Part shown: piece after piece, positions 45,298 to 54,969 of the stretch | Position numbering within the stretch: the first letter of the stretch is position 1 | Layout: every line of letters begins with the position of its first letter | Source of the DNA: Phycisphaerae bacterium | GTDB lineage: Bacteria; Planctomycetota; Phycisphaerae; UBA1845 | Assembly (NCBI GenBank): GCA_016929015.1 | Contig: JAFGJQ010000043.1 | Coordinates: 1 to 61,771, forward strand | Reading direction: 5' to 3' | DNA length: 61,771 nt | Made by a program: the position numbers and the translations under genes | The notes under the pieces: generated by a model | The model's input: only the letters and a program-made list of their open reading frames with translations | Databases searched by the model: none | Told to the model about the DNA's origin: nothing

Positions 45298-47744
45298 GTT
45301 GTTTCGCTCTTGGGGTCCGTCACGAGCTGAGCCACCAGTTGCCCGATCTCGGCCATCTGGAAGGGTTTGGGCAACAAGTACGAATTTTCGTCGATCTGGT
45401 CTTCCAAGTCAACGTGGGCGTGGGCCGTGATGAGAATTGCGGGTAATCTTATACCCGCACCGCGAATTTCACGCAGACAGTCCAGCCCGCCTCGCTTGGG
45501 CAGATCAATATCAAAGATCAGGAGACGGATGTCCGCCTGGTGCTCCCGGAAGCATTCCATGGCCGCCACCCCGTCGCCGGCCGGCATCACGCGGTAGTTA
45601 AACGACTGCAGAGTTGAGGTGATGATCTTACGAATGTAGTGATTGTCCTCGGCCAGAAGGATGGTCTGTCCGTTGCCGCGGGGTTCCACCGTGGCCTTAT
45701 CGGACTCGCGGCGGGCGTCCGGGGGCACACAGGGCAGCGTGATGGTGAACGTCGACCCGAGGCCGAGCTGGGACGAGACCTCGATCGTGCCGTTGTGTTC
45801 GTTGACGATGCTCAGGGCAATGGCCAGCCCGAGCCCCGTGCCGGTCCCCCGGGGTTTGGTGGTGAAGAACGGCTCGAAGATCCGGCGTTGGACGTCGGGA
45901 GACATGCCGGTGCCGGTATCGCGCACGATCACGCGGGCGGCGGCCCGGGCGGCCTCCGCCTTCTCCTCCGTGGGCAGGGGTGGAGCGGCGCCGACCATCA
46001 CGTGGAGGCTGCCGCCGTTGGGCATGGCGTCCCGGGCGTTGATCGCCAGGTTCAGGATGACCAGGTGCAGTTGTGAGCTGTCCGCGGTCACCCACAACGG
46101 TTCATCGCTGTCGATTTCCACGTCCAGTTCGATGGACGCCGGCAAGATGCGCCGCATGAAGCGAACCGTCTCGTCCACGAAATGGGTCAGGTCGACGGAC
46201 CGCTTTTCCGTGGGCACCCGCCGGCTGAAGGACAACAGCGAGCGGGTAACGCCCTTCGCCTCTTCCGCGGCGTGCTCGATGAGGCTGAGGGCGTCGAGGG
46301 CCGCGCCGTCGCCGCCCATCCTCCTGCGAAGTTGCTCGGTGCCGCCCAGCATGATGGTCAGCAGGTTGCTGAAGTCGTGGGCAACGCCCGCGGCGAGCTG
46401 GCCCAGCGCCTCCATCTTCTGGGCCTGGTGCAACTGCTCTTCGAGCTGGGCCTTCTCCTCTTCCATCGTCTTGCGGCGGGAAACGTCCAGGATCACGCCG
46501 TCGCGAATGACGTTGCCGTCCTCGCGCAAGTGCAGGCGAGCCATGTCTCGCACCCAGCGCACGTCGCCGCCGGTGGTCAGCAGCCGGTACTCCATGTCCA
46601 CGCTGTGGAGCGTGCGGACGGAGGCGGCCACGGCCCGGAGCAGGGATCGCCGATCTTCCGGATGCACGTAGCGCAAGCTCTGTCGCGGATCACGCATGAT
46701 CTGCCCGGGGGCCACGCCGATCATCTCCCGGAGCCCAGGGCTGATGTAGGCGAAGACGACCTTGCCGTCCGGCGTGTACACGGCGCGGTAGACCGCGCCG
46801 GGCACGTTGGCGGCAATGGTGGCCAGGCGCTGCTCGCTCTCCCGCAAGGCGGCCTCGGCGCGCTTGCGGTCCGTGATGTCGCGGCCGACGGCCTGGATCT
46901 CCATGGTTCCGCCGTGCTCGTCGCGAATGGCGTTGATCTCCCACTCGATCCAGCGCTGCCCGAAAGCGGTGGGCGCCCGCTGCTCGTAGCACGTGCGATG
47001 GGGCGGCCGTTCGAGCTGGTCGACGGCGTCGCGCATGGCGCGACGGTCCGCGTCGCCCGCGAGTTCCAGAAACGGCAGGCCGATGAGTTCATGTCGCGGC
47101 CGGCCGAACATGCGGACAAAAGCCTCGTTGACGAACGTGATGGAGCCGTCGCGGTCGATCCGGGTGATCAGGTCCTGCTGCGACTCCACCAGGCCGCGGT
47201 ACCGCTCTTCGCTTTTGCGGAGCTGCTCTTCCGCCCGCTTCTGGGGAGTGACGTCGCGGGAAATGCCGACGATGCCGTGGTACCGCCCGTCGTTGCCGCG
47301 GATCGGCACCTTGGTGGTGGAGATCCAGCGATGCTCGCCGTCGGCGCGGCGCATGCGTTCGCCCTTGCCGATGACGCCGCGGCCGGTTCGGAGCATGGCC
47401 TGTTCGTCCGCGAACGCACTGCGGGCGTGCTCCAGTTCAAAGAAGTCGAAGTCGGTCTTCCCGATGGCCTCGCCGGGCGCGACGCCGAGAATTTCCGCCT
47501 GGGCCCGGTTGATACGGGTGAAGCGGCTCTGTTCGTCCTTGAAGTAGATCGTATCGGGGATGTGGTCCATCAGGGTGTGGAGCAGGTCACGCTCGCGGGC
47601 GAGCGCGTCTTCCGCCTCGCGCCGCTTGGCCGCCTCCTGCTCCATTTCCGCCACACGCGCGCGAAGATCCTCCAACTCCGCCAGGAGCTGGGCCCTGGTT
47701 TTCTGTGAGTCATTCACGCCCTGCGTCTCGTGCATCCCCGACAT
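45294..47744 (-). CDS. multi-PAS hybrid sensor histidine kinase with C-terminal REC
   Basis: Several PAS modules, H-box [18 protein letters not shown], then [10 protein letters not shown]...[13 protein letters not shown] and the REC motif [13 protein letters not shown]. Confidence 0.9.
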   Translation of the reverse strand: MSGMHETQGVNDSQKTRAQLLAELEDLRARVAEMEQEAAKRREAEDALARERDLLHTLMDHIPDTIYFKDEQSRFTRINRAQAEILGVAPGEAIGKTDFDFFELEHARSAFADEQAMLRTGRGVIGKGERMRRADGEHRWISTTKVPIRGNDGRYHGIVGISRDVTPQKRAEEQLRKSEERYRGLVESQQDLITRIDRDGSITFVNEAFVRMFGRPRHELIGLPFLELAGDADRRAMRDAVDQLERPPHRTCYEQRAPTAFGQRWIEWEINAIRDEHGGTMEIQAVGRDITDRKRAEAALRESEQRLATIAANVPGAVYRAVYTPDGKVVFAYISPGLREMIGVAPGQIMRDPRQSLRYVHPEDRRSLLRAVAASVRTLHSVDMEYRLLTTGGDVRWVRDMARLHLREDGNVIRDGVILDVSRRKTMEEEKAQLEEQLHQAQKMEALGQLAAGVAHDFSNLLTIMLGGTEQLRRRMGGDGAALDALSLIEHAAEEAKGVTRSLLSFSRRVPTEKRSVDLTHFVDETVRFMRRILPASIELDVEIDSDEPLWVTADSSQLHLVILNLAINARDAMPNGGSLHVMVGAAPPLPTEEKAEAARAAARVIVRDTGTGMSPDVQRRIFEPFFTTKPRGTGTGLGLAIALSIVNEHNGTIEVSSQLGLGSTFTITLPCVPPDARRESDKATVEPRGNGQTILLAEDNHYIRKIITSTLQSFNYRVMPAGDGVAAMECFREHQADIRLLIFDIDLPKRGGLDCLREIRGAGIRLPAILITAHAHVDLEDQIDENSYLLPKPFQMAEIGQLVAQLVTDPKSETT

Positions 47745-47927
47745 GCCTCCCCGCTAGGCTATTTTATAGAGCCGGCACCTCATTTGCAAAATGACCCAAC
47801 CCGCGGTACGGTGTCGCGCCCCGATTCGGTACGCTGGTCGGGGGCAGGATATCCGGGTATAACCTTATATCGGACCGTGCAGCGGGTTCAGCGTTTCCAG
47901 GCCGGTCGAGTCGTCCGCATGGGATCC

Positions 47928-48000
47928 GGGGGCGTAGCTCAGTTGGTAGAGCAACGGCCTTTTAAGCCGTAGGTCTTGGGTTCGAGTCCCAACGCCCTCA
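47928..48000 (+). tRNA. tRNA-Lys: tRNA-Lys (anticodon UUU), 73 nt, no encoded CCA
   Basis: Cloverleaf folded by hand. Acceptor GGGGGCG/CGCCCTC (one G-U pair); D arm GCTC-AGTTGGTA-GAGC; anticodon arm ACGGC-CTTTTAA-GCCGT; variable AGGTC; T arm TTGGG-TTCGAGT-CCCAA; discriminator A. Confidence 0.9.
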
Positions 48001-49537
48001 GTGACAGGGTTGTGTCATTCCGTTCCTGCCGGTTCCCTTTGGTTCGCTTGGAAGTGGAGTTGTAAGAACGGGTTGCGTCGCCCGGTCCGTCGGCCGCGCC
48101 GATCGGGGAATGGGAACGGTCGCGCGTTTGACGGGAACGGGCGGGAACCGGTTTTCCTCCCACTGTTCCTCCCATTGGTCCGCCAGCGCTTACGCCGGAC
48201 ACCCGGCCGTCGGTTCCAGTCGCCTGCGCGGACTGCTGTTCGGAGCCGTCGGGCACGTGCAGATCGGGCAGCCGGCCCGCCGCCCGGGACAGCGCACCGC
48301 GTAGGGTCCGGGTGTAGTGCTTGCGGGTGGTCATGGGGCTGGAGTGCCGGGCGAAGTCCTGGAGGTCCACCAGCGGAGTCCCTTCCGCAGCCAGCCAGGA
48401 CAGGCACGTGCCCCGGAGGCAATGGAAGTCGACCCGCCGACCGCCGGCGTCCGTGTCGGCCAGGGTGAAGCCCTTCTCCCGATCCGCCCGGGTCTTGTCG
48501 TCCCGTGCCTCCGCGATCCAGGCTGTCCGGGCGTCGGCCAGATCGGCCCGAAGCATGTGGACCACGTCGTAGGCCGGGGGCATGAGGAACACCCGTTCCT
48601 CCGGTTTGCGCCCCTTGAGGAACACCCGAAGCTCCGCCGCCGTGGTCGGGCGAAGGGGGATTTCGGCGTCCTGCCGGTTCTTCGTATCGTCGCCCGGGAG
48701 GTACACGCTTGGGGTTGTCCCGCCCAACCGGAAGGACTCCGTTGTGAGCGACCGTAACTCTGCCGACCGCAGGGCGGTTTCCAACGCGACTCGGTACAAC
48801 CAGTACCTTGCCTCCCCCGCCATTCCGAACCGCTCCGGCCCCGTCCGCGTGGTCGCCAGCAGCCGGGTTGCTTCGTCGCGCTCCAGCGGTCTGCGTTCAT
48901 GCTTGCGGACGCCGGGGGTCACCTGCGGGGGGCTTACGTCCTTGAGCGGATTCGTGTGCGCCCGTCCGGTCCGGACAAGCCACGTGCAGAACGCCTTGAG
49001 GGTCCGGAGGTAGTTCCCGGCCGTCTGTACGGCCATGCCGTCCGCCCGCCGTTGCGTCAGGTGCTTCCCGACGGCTTCCGCGCTCAAGTCCACTGCGGTC
49101 TTGGCGCCCGTCCCGTCCAGGATGTCTTTGATCCGTTGCCGAACGGTATCGACGTGCTTGTCGGTCGCCGGTCCCTTCTGCCGGTTGGACGCTACGCCAT
49201 CGCGCAGGGCTTGTGCGTAGTCGGTCAGGTGGTCGGTCAGGAGCCGGCCGGCGGATGCGTGCCGGGCCACGACCAAGCCCTCCCGGGCCAGCCGATCATA
49301 GATGCGATCGGGAAGCGCCCTTACCCACGTTGCCAGCTCGCCGGACGGAGTCTCGCCCGCCGCCCGTAACGCCATCAGCCGTTCGATCTTCCGACCGAGT
49401 TCCGCCGACGCGGCCTTGTCCGTGAAGCCGGGCAGCCGGAACCCGCGATTGCACAGGCAGACTTCCACGGTCCAGGCGCCCTGCTCTCGCTTCCGCCCCT
49501 GTTCGTCGCGATAGGTACGCTTGTACAGGCTTGCCAC
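47939..49537 (-). CDS. int: tyrosine-type site-specific integrase; the ORF tail reads through attL into the tRNA
   Basis: Catalytic residues in context: LETALRSAELRSL (R), FHCLRGTCLSWL (HxxR), RHSSPMTTRKHYTR (H...Y). About 120 low-complexity codons follow the catalytic Tyr before the stop at 47939. Confidence 0.85.
   Translation of the reverse strand: MASLYKRTYRDEQGRKREQGAWTVEVCLCNRGFRLPGFTDKAASAELGRKIERLMALRAAGETPSGELATWVRALPDRIYDRLAREGLVVARHASAGRLLTDHLTDYAQALRDGVASNRQKGPATDKHVDTVRQRIKDILDGTGAKTAVDLSAEAVGKHLTQRRADGMAVQTAGNYLRTLKAFCTWLVRTGRAHTNPLKDVSPPQVTPGVRKHERRPLERDEATRLLATTRTGPERFGMAGEARYWLYRVALETALRSAELRSLTTESFRLGGTTPSVYLPGDDTKNRQDAEIPLRPTTAAELRVFLKGRKPEERVFLMPPAYDVVHMLRADLADARTAWIAEARDDKTRADREKGFTLADTDAGGRRVDFHCLRGTCLSWLAAEGTPLVDLQDFARHSSPMTTRKHYTRTLRGALSRAAGRLPDLHVPDGSEQQSAQATGTDGRVSGVSAGGPMGGTVGGKPVPARSRQTRDRSHSPIGAADGPGDATRSYNSTSKRTKGNRQERNDTTLSLRALGLEPKTYGLKGRCSTN
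47949..48003 (+). repeat. attL core (within the intact tRNA-Lys)
   Basis: gagcaacggccttttaagccgtaggtcttgggttcgagtcccaacgccctcagtg, identical to 55596-55650. Confidence 0.9.
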
Positions 49538-49540
49538 AAA

Positions 49541-49726
49541 TCACCTTGCCTTCCGCGTGAGTTCCAAGCCCAGTACACGGCAGAACTTGTCTGCGTTGCG
49601 TAAACCGACGTTGCCGTGCCCGCTGATGAAGCGGTGCGTAATGGAGTACGCTACCCCCGCCCGCCCGGCCAGTTCTGCAACGGTAAGGCCGCTTTCGCGG
49701 AACGTCTTGCGAATCACGTTGTCCAT
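49541..49726 (-). CDS. XRE/Cro-type HTH protein, probably co-transcribed with int
   Basis: MDNVIRKTFRESGLTVAELAGRAGVAYSITHRFISGHGNVGLRNADKFCRVLGLEL. Its stop lies 3 nt before the int start. Alternative starts are at 49741 and 49759. Confidence 0.65.
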   Translation of the reverse strand: MDNVIRKTFRESGLTVAELAGRAGVAYSITHRFISGHGNVGLRNADKFCRVLGLELTRKAR

Positions 49727-49847
49727 CGTCTGTCTTCCCATATGTACATGATATCTCACTTTTCGATATCAAGCAAGTCCCATCTTCAGATTTTATTCCC
49801 GCCCCTTCCGCTCGCCGCACGTGGCACGTGTGCCACGGCTCGGCACC

Positions 49848-50075
49848 TCAATTCTTCTCTTTGAATGAATCCCACATTTGCTTCCTTCTCTTCTCGAAGA
49901 TGGTCCGCGCGTTCGTCAGAAGGTCTTCTGCATCTTCCGTGAAAAGCTGGGGAATCATGCGGATCAGCGCGGCTTCCACCACGAGCCGGTGCCGCGGGTC
50001 CAGCCGTGGGAGGCCGCTCAAGGTGATCTCCGGTTGCGGCTTGCCCGTGGGGTTCTCATTCGGGTTCTCAGCCAT
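49848..50075 (-). CDS. hypothetical 75-aa protein
   Basis: Only a clean small ORF inside the element; no motif recognised. Confidence 0.4.
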   Translation of the reverse strand: MAENPNENPTGKPQPEITLSGLPRLDPRHRLVVEAALIRMIPQLFTEDAEDLLTNARTIFEKRRKQMWDSFKEKN

Positions 50076-50154
50076 GATTCGGTTCCTCGGAAAACACCCG
50101 TTGCGCTATTTCTCTCCTGCTGTACGGTGCATAAGGCACGGTCGCTGGTAGACT

Positions 50155-50292
50155 TCCGATGTTCACCCGGTTTCTACGGTTCACGGTCCACGCTTCCCCC
50201 TTTACCCCGGGTTCACGATTTGAGAGAATCCGGGTGTTGGATCTGTCGTGTCCCCCGGGCCATCTGTTTGCGGCTCCCCGTCGTGAACCGAT
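50155..50292. promoter_or_regulatory. iteron-like repeats (candidate replication origin of the element)
   Basis: TGTTCACC at 50160-67; GGTTCACG at 50178-85 and 50210-17; inverted GGTTCACG at 50281-88. All lie in a 267-bp non-coding gap next to the helicase operon. Confidence 0.4.
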
Positions 50293-50342
50293 GGCCCAAC
50301 CTTTGCGCCGCCGCGAGGTGGGGAAGTTGAATGCGGCCTGCT

Positions 50343-50639
50343 TCACTGCGTCCCTGCCTTTCTCGCCTTCCACAGGGCCAGCCGCTCGGCATCCTGCTCG
50401 GCCAGCGCTTCGACAACGCGCCGGTGTTGGGGTTCCGGAGAGCACCATTCGATTTCGGGGGCGAAGACGGGGGTGGGCTCGGCGTCGGCCAGCGCGGCCA
50501 GCACTTCGGCCCGGTGTTCTCTCAACTCGCGGGCAAGACCGGGGGGGAGCTTCCCGCGAATCTGGAGCTTCCCGCCCACGAGCCGGACTTCAACGCCGGC
50601 CCTGCGGATCGCGTCCAGGATGGTCGGGGCCACGCTCAT
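50343..50639 (-). CDS. hypothetical 98-aa protein (TubC-N-like docking motif?) coupled to the DUF3987 gene
   Basis: ILDAIRRAGVEVRLVGGKLQIRGKLPPGLARELREHRAEVLAAL. It overlaps the upstream gene by 4 nt. Confidence 0.5.
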   Translation of the reverse strand: MSVAPTILDAIRRAGVEVRLVGGKLQIRGKLPPGLARELREHRAEVLAALADAEPTPVFAPEIEWCSPEPQHRRVVEALAEQDAERLALWKARKAGTQ

Positions 50640-52378
50640 GCAAAGTCCTTCCAGCCGGTGTCGCTCGCGTCATTTCCGGCGTTGACAGAACCCGCGGCTT
50701 TTGGGGTGTTGACAGCGTTGACGTTGACAATACCTCGATTTTCGACCCCGCCACTGGGGGTATTGTCAACGTCAACAGTGTCAACGGGCTTCTGCGCGTG
50801 GGTATTGTCAACGAGCCGGAACCGCCGGCTCGGCTTCCCACCGCAACGGTCTGGTGGGGGGTTCTCCCACTCACCCAGGCCAGCGTTGACCAGCTCACTC
50901 AGGGCCGCCTCGGCGTCGTCCGCCGTGGGGTATGATCGCGAACACCGCATGAGGTCGCGGGCCGTCACCACCCCACCCTTGCGTTCGATCAGGTCCACCA
51001 GGCGCCGCGCCGCGTGGTCCTCCCTGTCCCCGGCCAGCAGCCCATACACCCGCCGGGCCTCGCCCTTGAACCATTCGGTTATTCTGATGGCCCGGGCCAT
51101 GCAGTCAGCGTCGATGCAGGCCGCCGAACCTCCGCTTTCCACGAGCCGGATGCACGTCAGGATCAATGCGAACCGGATGCACCCACCCTTGAGCTTGCTG
51201 AATCCCGCGCCCAGGTCGTCGTCGTCCAGATCGGCCAGTTCTGCCATGTGCGTATCGTGCCAGCGCACCCAGGCGGGCTTGGCCTCGGCGGAGATCGTCA
51301 GCGTCCTCGGCCTCGGGTCGCCGGTTACATCCTCCGTGGGGGTCAACGCCAAAAGCCCGTTCACAATGTTCTGCCAGCGCTCGGCCAGGTGGTCGGGGAG
51401 TCCATCGTCCGTCCACCGTGCGGGTCGGGTCGGGGGGCAGGTCAGCAACACGCGGGCCAAGAGTCCGGCCTCGCGTTCCTCGCACCCGAAGACGCGGGCC
51501 AGGGTGCCAGGCTGGAGACTGCCCAACACGGACACCGCAGCCCGTTCCACAAAGAGGGAACCGTCTTGGGACTTCCGATCCACGGTAAGCGGGCTTGCGT
51601 CGTGCATACTGAGCCACGCCGGCCGATCCGAACCGCGCCCGCCGCCAGCGTATCTGTCGAACGCTCCGACCCAACCGCCCAGTTCGTCACGAACGACCAG
51701 CAAGCCCAGCGGGTTCTGAGATAGCAGGCAGCCCAATTTCTCCACCGTGATGTCAGATACGAGCACGCGCTCTTCCCTCGGCGGGTCAGGGGGAAGTGGC
51801 GGGTCACGTCGCGGGCCAGACTTCTGTGACTGCTTCCATGCGGCCAGGTCCACGGCGTGCTGTTGTTGCGCGATGGCGTAGTCTGTTGTTGCCTCCAGGA
51901 ACGCGGCACGTTTGATCTTGTACGCCGCCACAACGGGCTTCGTCACCAGCTTCAATACCGCGCTCTTGACGGTCCCGCTTCTTCCGATGCACGCACCCCA
52001 CAACACGGCGGGTTCAGTCCACCCGTGTCTGACCTCCACGGCCACGCGGTTGCCGATGCACCCCGCCGCCGTCACCAGCACCGCGACCGCCGCGTAGGCA
52101 GGGTCGGTGGAAGTCGCCTTCGCAACCGCCGCCACGTACTCCTGCACCCCGCCAGGCAGGGCCTCATGGGGGAAGGGTCTGTAGGGTTGAATACCCTCGG
52201 CGCGTAGACTGCCGACAGCGCCGACGTTGACAGAACCTCCATTCTCGGCTCCGTCACGGGGGGTATCGTCGGCGCGGGTTCGGCTCGCGGGTTGCGTCGG
52301 TGCGGGCTTGCCGCCCAGGGCGGCTTCCAGCGCGCGCGTCTGCTCGCGAATCACCGGGTCTCGCGTCGGGTCAAACAT
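50636..52378 (-). CDS. DUF3987-family (YfjI / P4-alpha-related) replicative helicase-like protein
   Basis: PFPHEALPGGVQEYVAAVAKATSTDPAYAAVAVLVTAAGCIG, Walker-A-like GRSGTVKS, and LVVRDELGGWVGAFDRY. These are characteristic of DUF3987 proteins found on integrative elements and satellites. Confidence 0.75.
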   Translation of the reverse strand: MFDPTRDPVIREQTRALEAALGGKPAPTQPASRTRADDTPRDGAENGGSVNVGAVGSLRAEGIQPYRPFPHEALPGGVQEYVAAVAKATSTDPAYAAVAVLVTAAGCIGNRVAVEVRHGWTEPAVLWGACIGRSGTVKSAVLKLVTKPVVAAYKIKRAAFLEATTDYAIAQQQHAVDLAAWKQSQKSGPRRDPPLPPDPPREERVLVSDITVEKLGCLLSQNPLGLLVVRDELGGWVGAFDRYAGGGRGSDRPAWLSMHDASPLTVDRKSQDGSLFVERAAVSVLGSLQPGTLARVFGCEEREAGLLARVLLTCPPTRPARWTDDGLPDHLAERWQNIVNGLLALTPTEDVTGDPRPRTLTISAEAKPAWVRWHDTHMAELADLDDDDLGAGFSKLKGGCIRFALILTCIRLVESGGSAACIDADCMARAIRITEWFKGEARRVYGLLAGDREDHAARRLVDLIERKGGVVTARDLMRCSRSYPTADDAEAALSELVNAGLGEWENPPPDRCGGKPSRRFRLVDNTHAQKPVDTVDVDNTPSGGVENRGIVNVNAVNTPKAAGSVNAGNDASDTGWKDFA

Positions 52379-52655
52379 GGGCTCCCCCCCTCCGCAGCTC
52401 TCGCACCTCGCGTTCCGCCGCCGCCAGCCGCTCGGCCAATTCTCGCGTGTTTGGATCGGCGTAGTATCTCCGTCGGAACCGGCGATCCTGCGTCACGCGG
52501 TGAAGGTGCGGGACGGATCGGCGCCAGAGGAAATCGGGATCGGCCAGCAGTTGATCTCGATACGGGTGTTCAGATAGAATGTGTTGTGTCACAGTATTCT
52601 GCGGCCGCGTTTCCTGCCCGGGCGCGGCCGCTCCCATATTCATGTTCGCGTCCAA
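52371..52655 (-). CDS. hypothetical 94-aa protein
   Basis: ORF overlapping both neighbours by a few nt (operon-like packing). No motif recognised. Confidence 0.4.
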   Translation of the reverse strand: MDANMNMGAAAPGQETRPQNTVTQHILSEHPYRDQLLADPDFLWRRSVPHLHRVTQDRRFRRRYYADPNTRELAERLAAAEREVRELRRGGAHV

Positions 52656-52837
52656 CGTTGTTCATCCTCCAGGTGGGTTACGAACAATTCGATATCGACA
52701 TGCCGCCAGCGGCTCGCTCGTCCGATTTTCAGGGGTCGTGGCAATCGACCGGTCGCCACAAGCTTGTCAACGAAACGGGGGGTGAATCCCAGCAGCCGCG
52801 CCACCTCCGCCTTGGACAGTAGCAATATCTCGGTCAT
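52640..52837 (-). CDS. AlpA/excisionase-family HTH protein
   Basis: AAGGAA RBS. MTEILLLSKAEVARLLGFTPRFVDKLVATGRLPRPLKIGRASRWRHVDIELFV matches the MerR-like excisionase pattern (G.LP....G...RW...D...). Confidence 0.7.
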   Translation of the reverse strand: MTEILLLSKAEVARLLGFTPRFVDKLVATGRLPRPLKIGRASRWRHVDIELFVTHLEDEQRWTRT

Positions 52838-52915
52838 CTCATCATTTCCTTTACGCCGACCAATTGGGTTATGAATGACAGCACCATGCCCCAAACGTCT
52901 GGTTTTATTGCCATC

Positions 52916-53125
52916 TCACACGTCTCCTGCATCTGTGTTTTGCGGTTGCTGCGCGCGGGCCAGCAGGGCGGCTTCAACTGCTGCCCGGTCGAATCTCCAC
53001 TGCTCACCAATACGCAAGGCCGGAATCCGGCCAGCGGTCGCCTCGCGCATCAGCCACCGCGCGGGCAACCTCAATTCACGCGCCAGTCCATGAATGTTCA
53101 GAAGGGGCGTTGTACCCATGCCCAC
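52916..53125 (-). CDS. second excisionase-type HTH protein
   Basis: LLNIHGLARELRLPARWLMREATAGRIPALRIGEQWRFDRAAVEAAL. Confidence 0.65.
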   Translation of the reverse strand: MGMGTTPLLNIHGLARELRLPARWLMREATAGRIPALRIGEQWRFDRAAVEAALLARAQQPQNTDAGDV

Positions 53126-53183
53126 AGTATGACATAGGCCCGGTGTGGTACCGTGGTACGTAGCAGTGTATTTCTGGTGTATC

Positions 53184-53798
53184 TCAGGATTTGGGCAGGT
53201 TGAGTCGCCGTGTCCCCCTAGTTGCGCCGGGCAGAATCAGCGTACCCCAAGCCGCGCAGTCGCGGAAGATATCCACGAGTCGGCTGGTTTTTGCATCAGC
53301 CCTTTCAAGCAGGAAAGCATCCCCCACATCGGGAGTCCCGTTTTGTGCAGCTTCGTAGAGTTCCTTCACGATCACGGCCTGAGTCTTGGTGAACGGATAC
53401 TGCGTCTCTCCAACCGTTATCATGCGGAAGTCGGGTGAGTGCATCGCCCCTTCGGCCGGCGCGTTCTCCGCGTCGGGCAGTTCCATCCCCCAGGCTTTCA
53501 TCTTCTCCTTGGCGACGTGCTCTTCACCCTTCTCGGTGAGTCTCAGACACCAACTGCCGCGCTGCCCAGGTGTGCTTGAACACACCTTCTCGATTGTCTT
53601 CGCCGTCAGCGGGAATCCCCACTTCATTACTTGCGTGTCACCCAGGAAGGCGAAGAAACCCGCTTCAACCAGCCCCTCAGCCGCGCGCAGAACGTCGGGC
53701 GTTCGGAGTTCGGCAGGAACGGCGTTCAGAAGCACGCCATCCTCGTGCGAACCATCGACTAGGCATTCAAGCAGCTTTGCGACAGACAATTGAGGCAT
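53184..53798 (-). CDS. hypothetical 204-aa protein, possible C-terminal winged-helix domain
   Basis: The C-terminal half (QYPFTKTQAVIVKELYEAAQNGTPDVGDAFLLE...RLVDIFRDCAAWGTLILPGATRGTRRL) resembles a wHTH module seen in mobile-element proteins. This is weak recognition. Confidence 0.45.
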   Translation of the reverse strand: MPQLSVAKLLECLVDGSHEDGVLLNAVPAELRTPDVLRAAEGLVEAGFFAFLGDTQVMKWGFPLTAKTIEKVCSSTPGQRGSWCLRLTEKGEEHVAKEKMKAWGMELPDAENAPAEGAMHSPDFRMITVGETQYPFTKTQAVIVKELYEAAQNGTPDVGDAFLLERADAKTSRLVDIFRDCAAWGTLILPGATRGTRRLNLPKS

Positions 53799-54044
53799 GA
53801 CTCATCCTTTCGCGCGGGTCGGGCTCGGCCGCGGTGGGCGATGAGTCTTCCCACCAACGGCGCGAACCCGTTTGCCGGCCGTCGCCGGCTCCCCGCAAGA
53901 CTCTACCATATTCGGCTTCTCGCGCGCGCACGCGCGAGGCGCGATGAAGGCAGGGCAATGTTTGCCCCGTAGCACGTCCGTCCGCAATCGTGCCACCCGT
54001 CCAGCGCCGCAATAGCGCTTCGGGCATACAGCATCCCTCTTCGC

Positions 54045-54419
54045 TTAGAACAAACTCGGTTGATCTCCCGCGAAGCACGGCCCAACCGCCTTCCAGCGCA
54101 GATCGTCGCCGACGCGGACGCCCAGAAGCTCCAGCAGCTTCCCGGTCGTGAAGGATGCCGAAACGTACGGCGAAGACAGCATGACGGCCGTTTCTCCATC
54201 GACATCGACGAAGTTCACCATCACCGCACCCGTCAACGCGGTCCCCACGATCACAAGCGTCTGCCCCACGGCAGACGGTGGCGGAAGCACGCGCGTCCCC
54301 GCTGCACCGCGCAGCTCGACGATGCCGCTTCGCGCCGTCGGAATGACGCCTCCGTCGCCCGGGTCAGGAATCACCCACTCGGCCTGTCCCCAGTCGTTCA
54401 GAAATCTGTGCGGTGGCAT
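54045..54419 (-). CDS. hypothetical 124-aa protein (element cargo)
   Basis: Clean ORF; no motif recognised. Confidence 0.4.
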   Translation of the reverse strand: MPPHRFLNDWGQAEWVIPDPGDGGVIPTARSGIVELRGAAGTRVLPPPSAVGQTLVIVGTALTGAVMVNFVDVDGETAVMLSSPYVSASFTTGKLLELLGVRVGDDLRWKAVGPCFAGDQPSLF

Positions 54420-54536
54420 CGTTCAAACTCCTTCAGCGGGACTTTAACTGCAAAGTACGATCTCGGTGAACAGAAACTAATATCTGGTACCCGCTGCGAT
54501 CACCCCCGGGGGTGTGGTAAAAACCTCGGACCGCTC

Positions 54537-54863
54537 TCACGGATAGGTTGCCTCCACGATCGCAACCAAGCACACCGCGCATTCATCCGGCGTAGCCTCT
54601 ATTTCGACGGTTGCACAGGTTTGCAGCGCCGCGGTGATCGCCTCGCGTTTCGTGAATCCCGCTTGGTAATTGGCGGATTCAATGCTCAACAGGTACTCCA
54701 AAGCTTCGTCCGGCCAATCAGGACACGCTCTGCGTACCGCCGCAGAGATACCCGTTGTCGAGCCGGTTGCCCCGGTGTCCGGTGTCAAAGCTTCACACCC
54801 CGGCAGCAGCAGGACCACCGCCAGGCCGACCGCGACCGCCAAGATCAGGTTCCTTCTTCCCAT
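54537..54863 (-). CDS. small lipoprotein (element cargo)
   Basis: GAGGAAA RBS. MGRRNLILAVAVGLAVVLLLPGC lipobox. Four further Cys residues. Confidence 0.55.
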   Translation of the reverse strand: MGRRNLILAVAVGLAVVLLLPGCEALTPDTGATGSTTGISAAVRRACPDWPDEALEYLLSIESANYQAGFTKREAITAALQTCATVEIEATPDECAVCLVAIVEATYP

Positions 54864-54969
54864 TTTCCTCAAGCCTCCATCATGCCTTCTACTTGCATTC
54901 ATCCCGCCCCACACGGCCGGCCGAGTGCCCGGGCTACCCGAGCACCCGACCGACCCGACAGAACGATCC

